Assembly (NCBI RefSeq): GCF_006345805.1
Contig: NC_042999.1
Location: forward strand, 168,392,001-168,456,000
Origin: Octopus sinensis
Taxonomy: Eukaryota
DNA: 64,000 bases
Direction: 5' to 3'
Part shown: piece by piece, positions 25,318 to 36,974 of the stretch
How the letters are laid out: each line of letters starts with the position of its first letter
Numbering within the stretch: the first letter of the stretch is position 1
Notes under the pieces: model-generated
Told to the model about the DNA's origin: nothing
The model's input: the letters and a program-made list of their open reading frames with translations, nothing else
Databases searched by the model: none
Program-made: the position numbers and the translations under genes

Positions 25318-25938
25318 TTCGTCCTCAGCCGCTTGGACTACTGCTCCCAACTTTGGTCACCACACAATATAAAACAAACAGCAGAACTCGAAGCAATTCA
25401 GAGAAGCTACACGAAGAAAATCGTCTCAATGCAAAATATCAGCTACTGGGAAAGACTGAAGGTATTAAACCTCTTCTCCCTAGAGCGGAGGCGGGAGAGA
25501 TATGCAGTGATATACATCTGGAAAATCCTGGAGGGTCTTGTCCCAAACTTTGGCATTCAAAGTTACTCCAACCGCAGAACGGGGCGCCGCTGCGTGGTGC
25601 CAAGGATTCCAACATCACCATCAAAATACAGGTCCAGATACTGCAACAGCTTGGGTTTCAGAGGACCACAGCTCTTTAACATCCTCCCTAAATGCCTGAG
25701 AGACTTACATGGTGTGGATGTGGGTTTCTTTAAAACTAAACTGGATCTCTTCTTGTTGGGAGTCCCAGATGAACCTACCTCACGACAGGAGACGCGGATG
25801 CGGGCAGCAGCATCGAACTCCCTTGTTGATCAAGTGCCACGTATCAGAGGTGGATTCACAAACTAGTGTAGCTCATTCAGCGGTGGTGCCCCAGCATGGC
25901 CGCGGCCTTCGGGCTAAAACATTTTTAAGGATTTAAGG

Positions 25939-25945
<7 letters not shown>
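25318..25945 (+). mobile_element. CR1/L2-group LINE 3' fragment
   Basis: ORF 25333..25866 (DYCSQLWSP, LEAIQR, YWERL..L.LFSLERRRERY, GPQLFNILP). Short (TTTAAGGA)n tail. Confidence 0.88.
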
Positions 25946-25982
<37 letters not shown>

Positions 25983-25988
<6 letters not shown>

Positions 25989-26126
25989 TATATAGAAGGA
26001 GCTTCTACAGGACTAGAACTGTTTCATTCAAGAGAAATCTTCAGGAAGCTAGTTAACTAGCTTCCTGAAGATTTCTCTTGAATGAAACAGTTCTAGTCCT
26101 GTAGAAGCTCCTTCTATATAATAAAT
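25983..26126. repeat. 144-bp perfect palindrome with no loop
   Basis: Symmetry axis between 26054 and 26055 (CTAGTT|AACTAG). Confidence 0.95.
26059..26109 (+). ncRNA. Type I hammerhead ribozyme motif (mirror copy on - strand at 26000-26050)
   Basis: Helix I AGCTTC/GAAGCT (6 bp), CTGAAGA (26065-71), short helix II TTC/GAA with a U.U first pair, GAA, helix III ACAG/CTGT with 8-nt loop, GUA. Predicted cut after 26103. Confidence 0.7.
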
Positions 26127-26194
26127 TAATTTTACTCTGCTATGTATTGAGTACCTTATTTACTGTGGTTAACCCCGAATCAACCGGGACCTAC

Positions 26195-26235
<41 letters not shown>

Positions 26236-26394
26236 CATACATATATATATATACATACATATATATATATACATACATATATATATATATACATACATAT
26301 ATATATATACATTAATGGCGGTGCCCCAGCATGGCCACAGCTCATAAGCTGAAACTAGAATCAATCATACATATATATATACATATATATATAT

Positions 26395-26439
<45 letters not shown>

Positions 26440-26784
26440 ATATATATATATACATATATATATACATACATACTGTGAAGAATTGGAAAATTCCACCTGA
26501 CTTGATATCTTTCCAGCCCTATCATTTAAGATCTAAGGAGGATAGTTCTTTTACCTTTTTACTCTCTATTTTTTACATTTTAGTTTCTGTTTTTCGTTTT
26601 CCATTGTTTCCTGTATGTGTTTTCTCTATGCTGCCTTCTCAATTTTTTCGCATTTCTTCTATTATTCAATTTCTTTAGTTCGTTATGATATGTGGTTTGC
26701 ACCTGAAGAATATGTTTGAGTTTTCTCAACATAGGAAACTATTAATAGCACTTTAATACACGTATTGTAACCTTTAAATGAATA

Positions 26785-26840
<56 letters not shown>

Positions 26841-26853
26841 ACATATATACATA

Positions 26854-27998
26854 TTGGGTTGGCAACTAAGTTCCCGCTGTTTTTTTTAAATTTAAATTTT
26901 TTAAAAGGTTTAATAAAAAATAACAACTAATTAATCAATTTTCAATACCTCGTTGGGAGAAATCACCTGATTTTGACTTGAAAAATTGATCCAACCAAGC
27001 TCTCAATTCTGCATCAAAGAGATCAAAAGAGGTGGAAATCCGTTGGTGCCAAATCAAGAGAGTACGGCAGGTGTGGCAGCACTTCCCAGCCATGCGTTTG
27101 AATGGCTTCCTTGGTCATATTGGCAATATGATGGCGGGCTTTGTCGTGAAGCAGAAGAACTCTATGCTGCCGATTAGGTCTTTTCTCTTGAATAGCCGTG
27201 TTGAATCGTTCCTGCTATTGAACATGGAGTTCCGCATTGACCGTTTGGTTCCGTTCAAGCAATTCGTAATGGATAATCCCTTCCCAGTCCTACCAAACGC
27301 ACAACATCGTTTTACACGGATGAAGATCTTGTTTCATGTGCTGTGTCGCTTGTTTACCAGGGCTAAGCCATTCCTTACTCTGCTTCATATTGATGTAAAG
27401 AAATCGTTGCCTGTATCCATAAGTTGAGCGGTGACGAGCAAGCAAACCAACGGAGATTGTGGCTCGTTGATTTTTGTTGTCACTTAAAGAATGCGGAACC
27501 CATGCTCCATACTTCTGAACTTTTCCCATCAAGTGAAGATGCTTCTCTGTAGCAGTGTGGGAGCATTCCATTTTCCCTGCCAGTTCCCTTGTTGTTTGAT
27601 GAGAATTTTCATGCAAAAGTTGGTTTAATCACTCTTCATGGAGCTCAACTGGACAGCCAGAATGAGGTGCGTCTTTGAGGTCAAAATTTCCATTTTTGAA
27701 CTTGGCATACCAATCACAATCAGTTCTTTCAGCAATGGCACCCTCTCCATACACAGCACAAATGTTGCAAGCAGCTTTTCCGGCCTTAGAACCTTGATTA
27801 AAAGCAAAAAGGAGGAGGTGTCAAAAATGCTCGTTTTTCTTAACTTGACATTCCATTTTAATGATCTAAAAATAAACAAAAATTAACTAAAATTAACTAC
27901 AAAAAACAAAAAAACAAAACAAAATAGATTCCAAAATTTAAAAACACAATAAATTCCAAAATTTAGAAAAAAAAGTGGAAACTTAGTTGCCAACCCAA
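26854..27998 (-). mobile_element. Mariner transposon, internally deleted, non-coding
   Basis: TIRs TTGGGTTGGCAACTAAGTT / AACTTAGTTGCCAACCCAA flanked by TA. Transposase remnants QTTRELA and GAWVPHSL in minus ORFs 27290..27879. Confidence 0.92.
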
Positions 27999-28899
27999 TA
28001 TATATATATGGGCTTCTTTCAGTTTTTGTCTGCCAAATCCACTCACAAGGCCCGAAACTAGAAAAAAGACACTTGTCCAAGATACCACACTGTGGGACCT
28101 TGAACTTAGAACCATGTGGTCATGAAGTAAACTTCTTACTATACAACCATATCAGCATCTATATGAAATGCTGGTGTTAGATTAAATACCTTGAAATACA
28201 GTTGAAGTAGGTTTTACTTTTCTGCATTCAGGCATGTACTGAGGTCAGATAATTTATTATAACTCTGTCTTACAAACATTTTGCTTTCTGCTGACATTTA
28301 GAACTACTGAAGGATGAAAGGCAAAATTGACTTCTAATCCAACGGAGAATGAATGCTTTTCATTCTTCTGTGGGTAGTAAAATAAAATAACTAGTCAAGT
28401 ACTAGTGATAGCTCCCTCTTCCAAAATTTGGTGCCTTGTACCTATAGGTACAAAATCATTAATCTTATTGAGACAGTTGCCCTTCTCCATTTCCGCTTCC
28501 CCATTCTCATCCTTTTTAATGTATTTGTGTTTCTCTTTTGATGAGTTGTTGTTGTGTAACCCTCAAGCCAGCCGTAAATGAATTGATCCATAGTATTCAT
28601 GTAGTCAGCTGAACAATGAAGTTACAGCCTGCAGATTAATTTTTCCTGTACCTTGTCTCTGTCTAGTTGAATATCATACAGCAACATTCAATGATGACTC
28701 ATTTAGGTTTATGTGACAGTCAGGGTACATTGCTCTCTCTCTCTCTCCGCTGTTCGATTATTTCCATGCATTCTGATGGTGGCCGCAACAAAAGCAGACA
28801 AAATGGACTCAGAGCACAATAGTTGCTGTTCTTTTACACATATTTTTGGTGCTTTGCTTTGCAACATGGTGTTTGGAGCCAGTGACAGTCTGTTGTCAT

Positions 28900-31130
28900 T
28901 GCAGATATTTCTCTATGTCTGGATTAATTTTGCTTGTCTGGACTGAGAAGAGAGATAGCGTTTTAGGATGATGTCATGATAGTGCTTTGGGTTGTTGTCC
29001 AGGTGTCTGGAGGTGGGTTTTCATGCTGTGATAAGGGCTTTATTAACTCTACCCCTTGCTTCTTCAGGTAGTCCTTCATTTTTAATATTTCTGTTTCTTT
29101 GTGTAGGGAGCCTCTGTGTGTGGTCTGTGTATAACTTATGATGAGTTGTGCACTGTTTTGTGTTCTTGATGTGAAGAGATTGGGGGATGAATAGGACCAA
29201 CAGAATCTATTATGGATGTAATGATTACCTGTGCACCAATGGGACATCTCCAATATATTTTTATATATTGTTTTGATGGAGTTGTGTGAGTCTTGTATAT
29301 TTTCATCTTTGTGAATGTGATGACTGGTTGTATTTGATGTTTTGTGGTGTTGCTGGAAAGAAGGGATTTAGTGCTACTTATCCCTTTAGTGTTCAGATTA
29401 CACTGTCAAATGTAGTACTTATTTATTCACATTGTTTTGAATTAATCCTGTCTTATCTTGTAGCTTCAAGATTTCAATGATGTGATTGTTTATTTTTAGA
29501 ATGACATTGTAGGGAAGATATCAATGGCCAGATCCGACCAGTTTGACCATAAACATAAAATATTTGGACTAGATATGGTTGGTTTAAATGTTAAGCTAGG
29601 TTTCTAGGTGAGTTTTGTAGGGTTGGAATAGTTGTGCAGCAGTGTCTGGAGAGTGGTGGAGGTGGGTGTGATGTCACTTTCATATGAAACTGAGTGTTTG
29701 TTTTGTGTAGGTACAGGTTGAAAAGATTGGGTAAGATATCAAATCTCTGAGGAAATTGCAGTTTTGGAAGTCCTGTTCTTGTACACTATGTAGGCTTAGT
29801 GGCCTGACAAATAGTCTGCTAGCCAGTGTTTTTCTGATATTTTTTAAGATGATGTTGAATATTTTTTGTGTGGGTAGATCTTTGGGAAATTGAATTGAAA
29901 GTTTTGCTGATGTTGATGGTAGTTATAATGGTATATGCAGGAGTTTTTCTCTTTGTGATTTGGAGAGGGGTATGTTTGGGTTAGTGAAATTTTGAGTGTG
30001 TGTATAATAGAGTGATAGATCTGTATGTAATACTTTATTTCAGTTTTTGGTTAGCTTTGGTATTATCATAATTTTACTTGGCTTCCAGATTTTGAGAATT
30101 AGACAGTGTTGGTATGAGTTATTGCTGTGGAGGCGCAATGGCCCAGTGGTTAGGGCAGCGGACTCGCGGTCATAGGATCGCGGTTTTGATTCCCAGACCG
30201 GGCGTTGTGAGTGTTTATTGAGCGAAAACACCTAAAGCTCCACGAGGCTCCGGCAGGGGATGGTGGTGATCCCTGCTGTACTCTTTCACCACAACTTTCT
30301 CTCACTCTTACTTCCTGTTTCTGTTGTACCTGTATTTCAAAGGGCCGGCCTTGTCACTCTCTGTGTCACGCTGAATATCCCCGAGAACTACGTTAAGGGT
30401 ACACGTGTCTGTGGAGTGCTCAGCCACTTAAACATTAATTTCACGAGTAGGCTGTTCCATTGATTCGGATCAACCGGAACCCTCGTCGTCGTAACCGACG
30501 GAGTGCTTCCAATATTGCTGTTGTTTAGCTTACTTCAGCTTTGATAGATCAGACAGAACTGCTATCAGAGGCCATTCCAGCTGTGACCATATCCTCTTTC
30601 CTTCTGGAATAGTTTTCTCTGGCCAACTGTTGTGACAGAAGGGTGTAGCTTGAGAGAGATTTTGTTGCTAATTCTGGATATGGTCAGATGACCCTGTGCA
30701 GGTTCCCTCATTCATTTCTGGTACAATTAGTTATAGATTTAGTGAATGCAGTGAGTGATTCATTCATGTCCCAGGAGTTTTAATATAAATTTGTGAATTT
30801 GTCTGGTTCTGAGGTTTCTGAATTTTAAAATTTTCCCGTTCCTTCTTTGGGAGAAGAACAGATTTAAAATCATGTTCTAGGTTGAGCATGGGCAACCTTT
30901 ATCAAGAAGTGGTTTGCATAAGACACGACTCATTATTAGGTGGGTTTAGGTGAGAACCCACTTTGAAAAGCAGCTTGTGTTGAATGCATTGAAGGTTTCT
31001 CAACTGTGTTTCTGTATTAAGTGTTGAAGTTGGAGTCTGTAACCTGGATGATCAATTGGTGAGGTTGCTGATGTTGTTATATTTAGTATAATTGTGTGTT
31101 TCATATTGTTGGCTTTTATTTTGGAAGTCT
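28900..31130 (-). mobile_element. Highly degenerate non-LTR retrotransposon (I/Jockey-group-like), interrupted by a MITE and a SINE
   Basis: Minus-strand remnants: WKPSKIMIIPK, TYRSITLL, INISKTFNSI, PNLFNLYLH, SYESDIT and QNSAQLIIS...LHKETEIL. Boundaries approximate. Confidence 0.6.
30129..30512 (+). mobile_element. tRNA-derived SINE (distinct family), full length
   Basis: A box TGGCCCAGTGG, B-box-like GGTTTTGATTCCC, and 9-bp TSD TATTGCTGT (30120-28 / 30513-21). Confidence 0.85.
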
Positions 31131-33000
31131 GTATTTCTAGTTAGTGTCATTCCCTCTTTGGTTTAACCCTTTTGATACCAACTTGTCTGAGACTTACCCA
31201 GGTATTATGATACAAACTTTCTGTTTTAAAGTTAGTTATCAAAAAATAAAAGAAAAAGAAATTCTTTCATTAAAATTTCATTCAAATTCATGTTTCAGAC
31301 ACCAGTTTAATAATGACAAAATTATTTTACTAATTAATTGAAACAAAGGTAGTGTATTTTGACAGAAATATAACAACAAAAGAGGTGTATGTTATAAGAC
31401 TAACCACTCTTATAACATGCACAGTGTTAGGTGTTATGTAGTAAGAATATTTTCTGAATTATTATGTAAGTGTTGAGTGTGATGATCTTTTAGTTCCATA
31501 AAAGTACTTTTAATGTCATTAATTTTATATTGCAGAATTTGTAAGATTTTTTTTGTTTTTGTTTAGGAACTGTTGACTTTAAAAAAGGAAATAACAATGG
31601 TCTTTATTGTTGGTGTTGCCCTTATAGTTAGTTTTTCCTGTATTCGTGTATGTCTCTGGACTATTTGTAAATGTTAGTGATAATGTTTTTGAGTTTTTGT
31701 AGACTGTGAGACATTTACCTTTATAGGTGTTTTAGAGCTCACTTCTTTCATATTCATAGCTTCTGTGAAGAATATTTTGGTGTATAAAAAACATTAAATG
31801 GTATTATAACTGACCATTTTGTTTTCTTTTATTGGTGTATTACATTCAGTATTAGTTTATCTTGTATATTTAAACATTTTTAAGAAGTAGAGTAGTATTT
31901 GGGGAAGATTCCTGCAGTTTAAGTGGCTGCATAGAGCTCTTAACTAACTTCTTTCATGTAAAATTATTGGTGGAGCTTGGGTGGCTGTGCTGACTCACAT
32001 TTATAAATATATTGATTTCTCACATTAGTGAAGTTGGCAAGATGCTAAAAATTTGTAGGGTGTGGATATAGTTCACTGAATTGATTTTAATAATGGCTAA
32101 TATTTATTTCGTTACCAATACTTTGAGAGAATCAAGGGTGAATTCAAATCTGGTGGGATTTGAATTCTTAATGTCGAAGGATAGCATTAAATGCTTAAAG
32201 CCATTTAGTTTGACACTCTACTGTTTTGGCTTATTAGATGTAAATTTGTTAATTTATAACAATGCAGATGAAAGAAATGGAGTTTAAATTATTAAGAAAG
32301 AGTGTCATCAGAAGTAAACAGTTTATAGAATCTCCTTACGGAAATGAGTTTGTTGCTAAGAGATTTTTAAAAGATATTTTGTTATTCTTCTTACCAACTT
32401 TAGATAAACCTTTTGCTTGAGAAAATGATTTGTTAAGTAGCTGCTGTCCATTTTTAGTAAGAGGATCGATGGCTGAAATGGTAGAATTGCATGATGCTCA
32501 GCTGAATGGTTGATAGTTCATATCCTGTTACAGGTGCTGTGTTTGTGGCCTAATCACACAATTCTTAATGGCCCAAAGTAGGTACACAGTATGATTTACT
32601 GCTGGAGCTAGATACCAGTACTATGGAATTTGTGACTTGTTTACTTTAATGCAGTGTTGAATTCAGTTACCTCCTATTGGAATTGGTGCCAATAATAAAC
32701 TAGCATCCGTTCTGAGAAGAGATTTATCTTTCATTTGTGTAATATGCTAGAAACAAGTGACACATATCAAATCTATGGATCTCTGTGAATCAGAAAATAT
32801 TTAGTTAACTTCATCCCTGATTTCAGTCTTCTTCCATTGCTAAACTTCAATGGGAACTATTTTTTCATCCTTTTAATTTTTTTGGAAGCACTCTGCCCAA
32901 GGCTGCCCCTGAACCTTTGATACAAACCTCCTGTCTTAAAATGATCAAAATTTCATGTTAATTAGTATTCTTCAAAATTAATTGAAACAAAGGCAGTATT

Positions 33001-33212
33001 ACTCTCTCTTTTACTTGTTTCAGTCATTTGACTGCGGCCATGCTGGAGCACCGCCTTTAGTCGAGCAAATCGACCCCGGGACTTATTCTTTGTAAGCCCA
33101 GTACTTATTCTATCGGTCTCTTTTGCCGAACCGCTAAGTGATGGGGACGTAAACACACCAGCATCGGTTGTCAAGCAATGCTAGGGGGACAAACACAGAC
33201 ACACAAACATAT

Positions 33213-33245
<33 letters not shown>

Positions 33246-33413
33246 CATATATACGACAGGCTTCTTTCAGTTTCCGTCTACCAAATCCACTCACAAGGCA
33301 TTGGTCGGCCCGGGGCTATAGCAGAAGACACTTGCCCAAGATGCCATGCAGTGGGACTGAACCCGGAACCATGAGGTTGGTTAGCAAGCTACTTACCACA
33401 CAGCCACTCCTGC
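33001..33413 (-). mobile_element. SINE family A, full length
   Basis: Near-identical to 9831-10244. Confidence 0.85.
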
Positions 33414-33991
33414 ACCAGTATATTTCAACAGAAATATAATAATAAAAAGGTTAAGTAGAATGGAAATAATGCTGGATGATATGAAGAATTTATGAAATGT
33501 ACATTGTTTCCTTCAGTGTTACAATTCTATTGTATGTTTCTGTTATATAAATATCTTAACAATATATGTTGTGCTATGTAAGAAGTGGCCATTTTTTCAG
33601 TTGAAATTTCTCAAGGCTTTTATTGAAGATCCAACTTTAAATTTGAGGATATGCAGAAGAAAGTATCAAGTAAGAGACAAAAATATGATTTTGTATTCTT
33701 TCTTGGTTATGCAATCTGTTCTTTTTCGAAATGTCTACCCATATCCAGTGAATGTTAATGCGTTTCCTGAGTTTAAACAGCTGTAATGGGAGATGGAATA
33801 TTACTGACCTTTCTATTGTTGCAGCAAAGAGAATCTGAATCACTCTTTTATCTCTAAGCCTGACCTTGCTCACTCAGTTGAAATTATATATATTAGAATA
33901 ATTGTAGTTTTAAATAAAGAGAATACTTGCCATTTTTTTATCTATTTCTTTCTTTTTTTTATGCTTTTTCTTTTCTCTTTTTGAAATTTAG

Positions 33992-34270
33992 GATGCCACA
34001 ATGTGAACCGAGAACTTGAACGTAACCGAAGTAAAGGTAGCATACCAAGTTGGCAGAAGTACCACTACCAGTCCAGTGTTGATATTCCTGCTAGAGGAAG
34101 TTCTACAGTTACTGATGTTACTTTCAATAATATCAGTGATCTCTACACCAGTGCATCAGCGCGTCCACAAATTGCTGGTATTACTATTCATGATGAACAG
34201 CGGACTTGTTTTAATGACTACCGCCGCAATAACTTTGCACTTAATTTCACTCTTCTGTTGCCATCTGGTG
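33992..34270 (+). CDS. Internal coding exon B (RCHNVNRELE...NFALNFTLLLPSG)
   Basis: Long pyrimidine tract plus TTAG acceptor and GTGAGT donor at 34271. 279 nt, phase 1 to phase 1, matching the frame of ORF 34003..34299. Contains N-glycosylation sequons NRS, NIS, NFT. Confidence 0.85.
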
Positions 34271-35324
34271 GTGAGTTCTATTTTGGATGTTTTTACTAAA
34301 TTTTAACATTTGTATTATTTGTCATCATCATCATCATGATTTAACATCTGTTTTCCATGCTGACATGGGTTGGACAGTTCGACAGGAGCTGATCAGCTGA
34401 AGGGCTGTTCAGGCTCCATGTCTGTTTCGGCATGGTTTCCATGGCTGGATGCCCTTCCTAAGGCCAACCACTTTACAGAGTATACTGGGTGCTTTTATGC
34501 AGCTCTGGCACTTATGAGCCTGCAAGATTAAGGATGCTCAGCCGGAGAGGGTTGCAAGGGGTGAGCCTGTATGTAAGGCCACCCACACTTAGCTTGATGT
34601 GTCTTTCCAAGCACAGTAAATCACCACGAGTCTCAGTCCCCTTTCGTCCCCTCTGTGAGTCCCAATGTTTTGTAGATCCTTTCTCACCACTTCCTGGATC
34701 TACCCTTCCACATGTTCCCACTGCAATTAGTGATCGGCATCTCTTTATGCAACAGTCCTCATTATTTTTATTATTCTGCTGAGGTCAACTTTGTCTTTCA
34801 TCTTTTGGGGTCGATAAATTGAGTACCAGTGAAATTCTGGGGTTGAAGTAATCGACTAGCTTCCTTCCCTCAGAATTTCAACGTTTGTGCCTTTAGTAGA
34901 AAGAATTATTATTATTGTTAGAATTCCAGATAAAATGCCTTACAGTATTTGCTCTGACTCTTTATAGTTCTGAGTTAAAACCCTGCTGGGATCAAATTTC
35001 CTTTTCATCCCTCTGGGACTTATAAAATAAAGTACCAGTCCAATGTTGGATTCAATGGGATCAGCTTCCCTACTCCCCACCCCTATCACCACTTTCATCA
35101 TTATTATTCAAGCTGAAAGAATTATTAGAACATTAGGAAAAGTATTTTCATGTTCTGAGTTCAAATCCTACCATGGTTAATTTTGCTTTTCATCCTTTTG
35201 TGGGTAAATGAAATAATGTACCAGTCAAGTACTGGGGTCAATGGAACTGACTCTCACTTTCCCTTAAAATTGCTGGCCTTGTGCCTATAGTAGAAAGGAT
35301 TATTATTATTATTGTTGTTGTTGT

Positions 35325-35800
35325 TGAGTGAGAGAGCAGTGCATGCCATCAAAGTGACACTGGGGTAAAATATACGAAGTCCAGTATACCCATCGTGACT
35401 ACCCGTCTGATAAGGGTACCACAGGCACGTACATCACAACCATATGTGCACAACATGGTGATCTTGTATCAAGATAACAGTGCATGATCTTGCAGGTGGG
35501 ACTCTGTTTTCAGAATTTTATTCAGGTCAGATAGCTTAAGAAGTCCCTGAATAAGGGTTGTTTAAAGATGATGAACAGAACACTCAGGTTTCTGAAGGTG
35601 AATAATTCAAATCCCAATAAATTCTTCTCAACACATGGCTATGATGCTCCTCCACTACTCCTGCTCATAATCAGAGATGCACATATTGTCAGCCACCAAG
35701 GCACATGCCTATATGGTTAAAGTCAAGCAACTGACAAGCAAATCTGTAGTATTGAGCAGAATATTTGCTGTGGCTCATCTTTTGCATTAAACAAACCTTA
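35325..35800 (-). mobile_element. Interspersed repeat, probably a SINE (partial copy also at ~40700-40890, +)
   Basis: Shared block AAATATTCTGCTCAATACCACAGATTTGCTTGTCAGTTGCTTGAC...GATGCTCC in opposite orientations at the two sites. Confidence 0.55.
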
Positions 35801-35883
35801 CATGATAATACTTTCAATCGGTTTAGATCAAAAGTCATGAGAGCCACTGCCTGATACTGCATCAGGGCATTTATTATTATTAT

Positions 35884-36190
35884 TATCTCTGCCTTAGCAA
35901 AGGCAGAGGTATTGTTTTTAGTCGTGTTTGTTTGTCTGCGAGACAAGATATCTCAAGAACCGCTGGGTGAATTTGGATGAAACTTTCAGGGATGTTTGGC
36001 CTTGTGACTCGCATGAACTGATTAGATTTTGGGATCAATCCAGTACCAGACAAGTATTCTGGATTATTTTTCGGGTTTTTTTACTTAATTTTTGAGAGCA
36101 GTTGGGTTCATTTTTAGTATTCTCGTTTTTGAGAGCAGTTGAGTTTATTTCAGGTATTCTCATTTTAAAAATCATCTCTGGCTAATCTCA
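35884..36190. mobile_element. Helentron-associated non-autonomous element (HINE-like), partial
   Basis: Begins with hairpin CTCTGCCT-TAGCAA-AGGCAGAG, then GTTTGTTTGTCTG and GGATGAAACTTT, the layout typical of this group. Confidence 0.45.
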
Positions 36191-36259
36191 ATAGAGATAT
36201 AAGTACACATATGTTATGAATGCACTTTAAATCCTTTCTTCTCTTTTATATTTTTGTAG

Positions 36260-36387
36260 AATTTTTGTACAAAACCACTGCATTACTGCTGAAGATTGAG
36301 TATGATGTCCAGCCTTCAAAAAACACCAAATGTCGTATATTTGAGTTTAAAACTCTTGGCACTATTCCTGATGGAAAATATGAAAAG
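36260..36387 (+). CDS. Internal coding exon C (EFLYKTTALLLKIEYDVQPSKNTKCRIFEFKTLGTIPDGKYEK)
   Basis: TTTTTGTAG acceptor and GTGAAT donor at 36388. 128 nt, phase 1 to phase 0, in frame with exon B. Confidence 0.85.
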
Positions 36388-36974
36388 GTGAATTTTTCCT
36401 TTAATACATACATCCATATGCACATCATCATCATCATACATCCATTTTCCATGCTGGCATGGATGTATGGTTTGACTAGAGCTGGCACGCCAGAGAGCTC
36501 CTCTAGGTTCCAGTTTGATCTGGCTTGGTTTCTATGGCTGGATCCCCTTCCTAATATCGACCACTTTATAGAGTGTGCTATATATGTATATAGATAGAAA
36601 TATACATACACACATGCTATAAGTACACACACATGCACATATACACATATTTACATACATATATGCATACATGCATGAATACATACATGCATACAAACAT
36701 GCATACATACATGTGTGAATGCATGCGTTAATTTTAGAAGTAGCTATTGAATAATGTTTACAGTTCCATTTATTATTGGATATTTGTTATTGCAGTATTA
36801 TGGTGATTTTTCTATCCAGTGGTTAACACTCTTCTTTTGCAGATATGTATACATTTTCATTCAAGAGATATTTGAGCATTGGACATTAACCTATCTCATA
36901 ATGAATATCATTAATTTTTATTTCCTCTTTCAATTCTTGAGATGATTTTAAATTTTGTTATAATACACAGAGTT

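Noticed and set aside
26697-26757. HHR-like CTGAAGA...GAAAC-TATTAATA-GCA
   Set aside because: Helix II and the palindrome are present, but U16.1 is replaced by C and no helix I can form. At best a dead relic.
30129-30205. tRNA-like sequence
   Set aside because: It is the head of a TSD-flanked SINE with a degenerate B box and no acceptor-stem 3' half, not a tRNA gene.
36843-36875. Strong acceptor (CTTCTTTTGCAG) giving a short stop-containing exon, a possible soluble-isoform end
   Set aside because: No evidence beyond the acceptor motif; such motifs are common in AT-rich introns.
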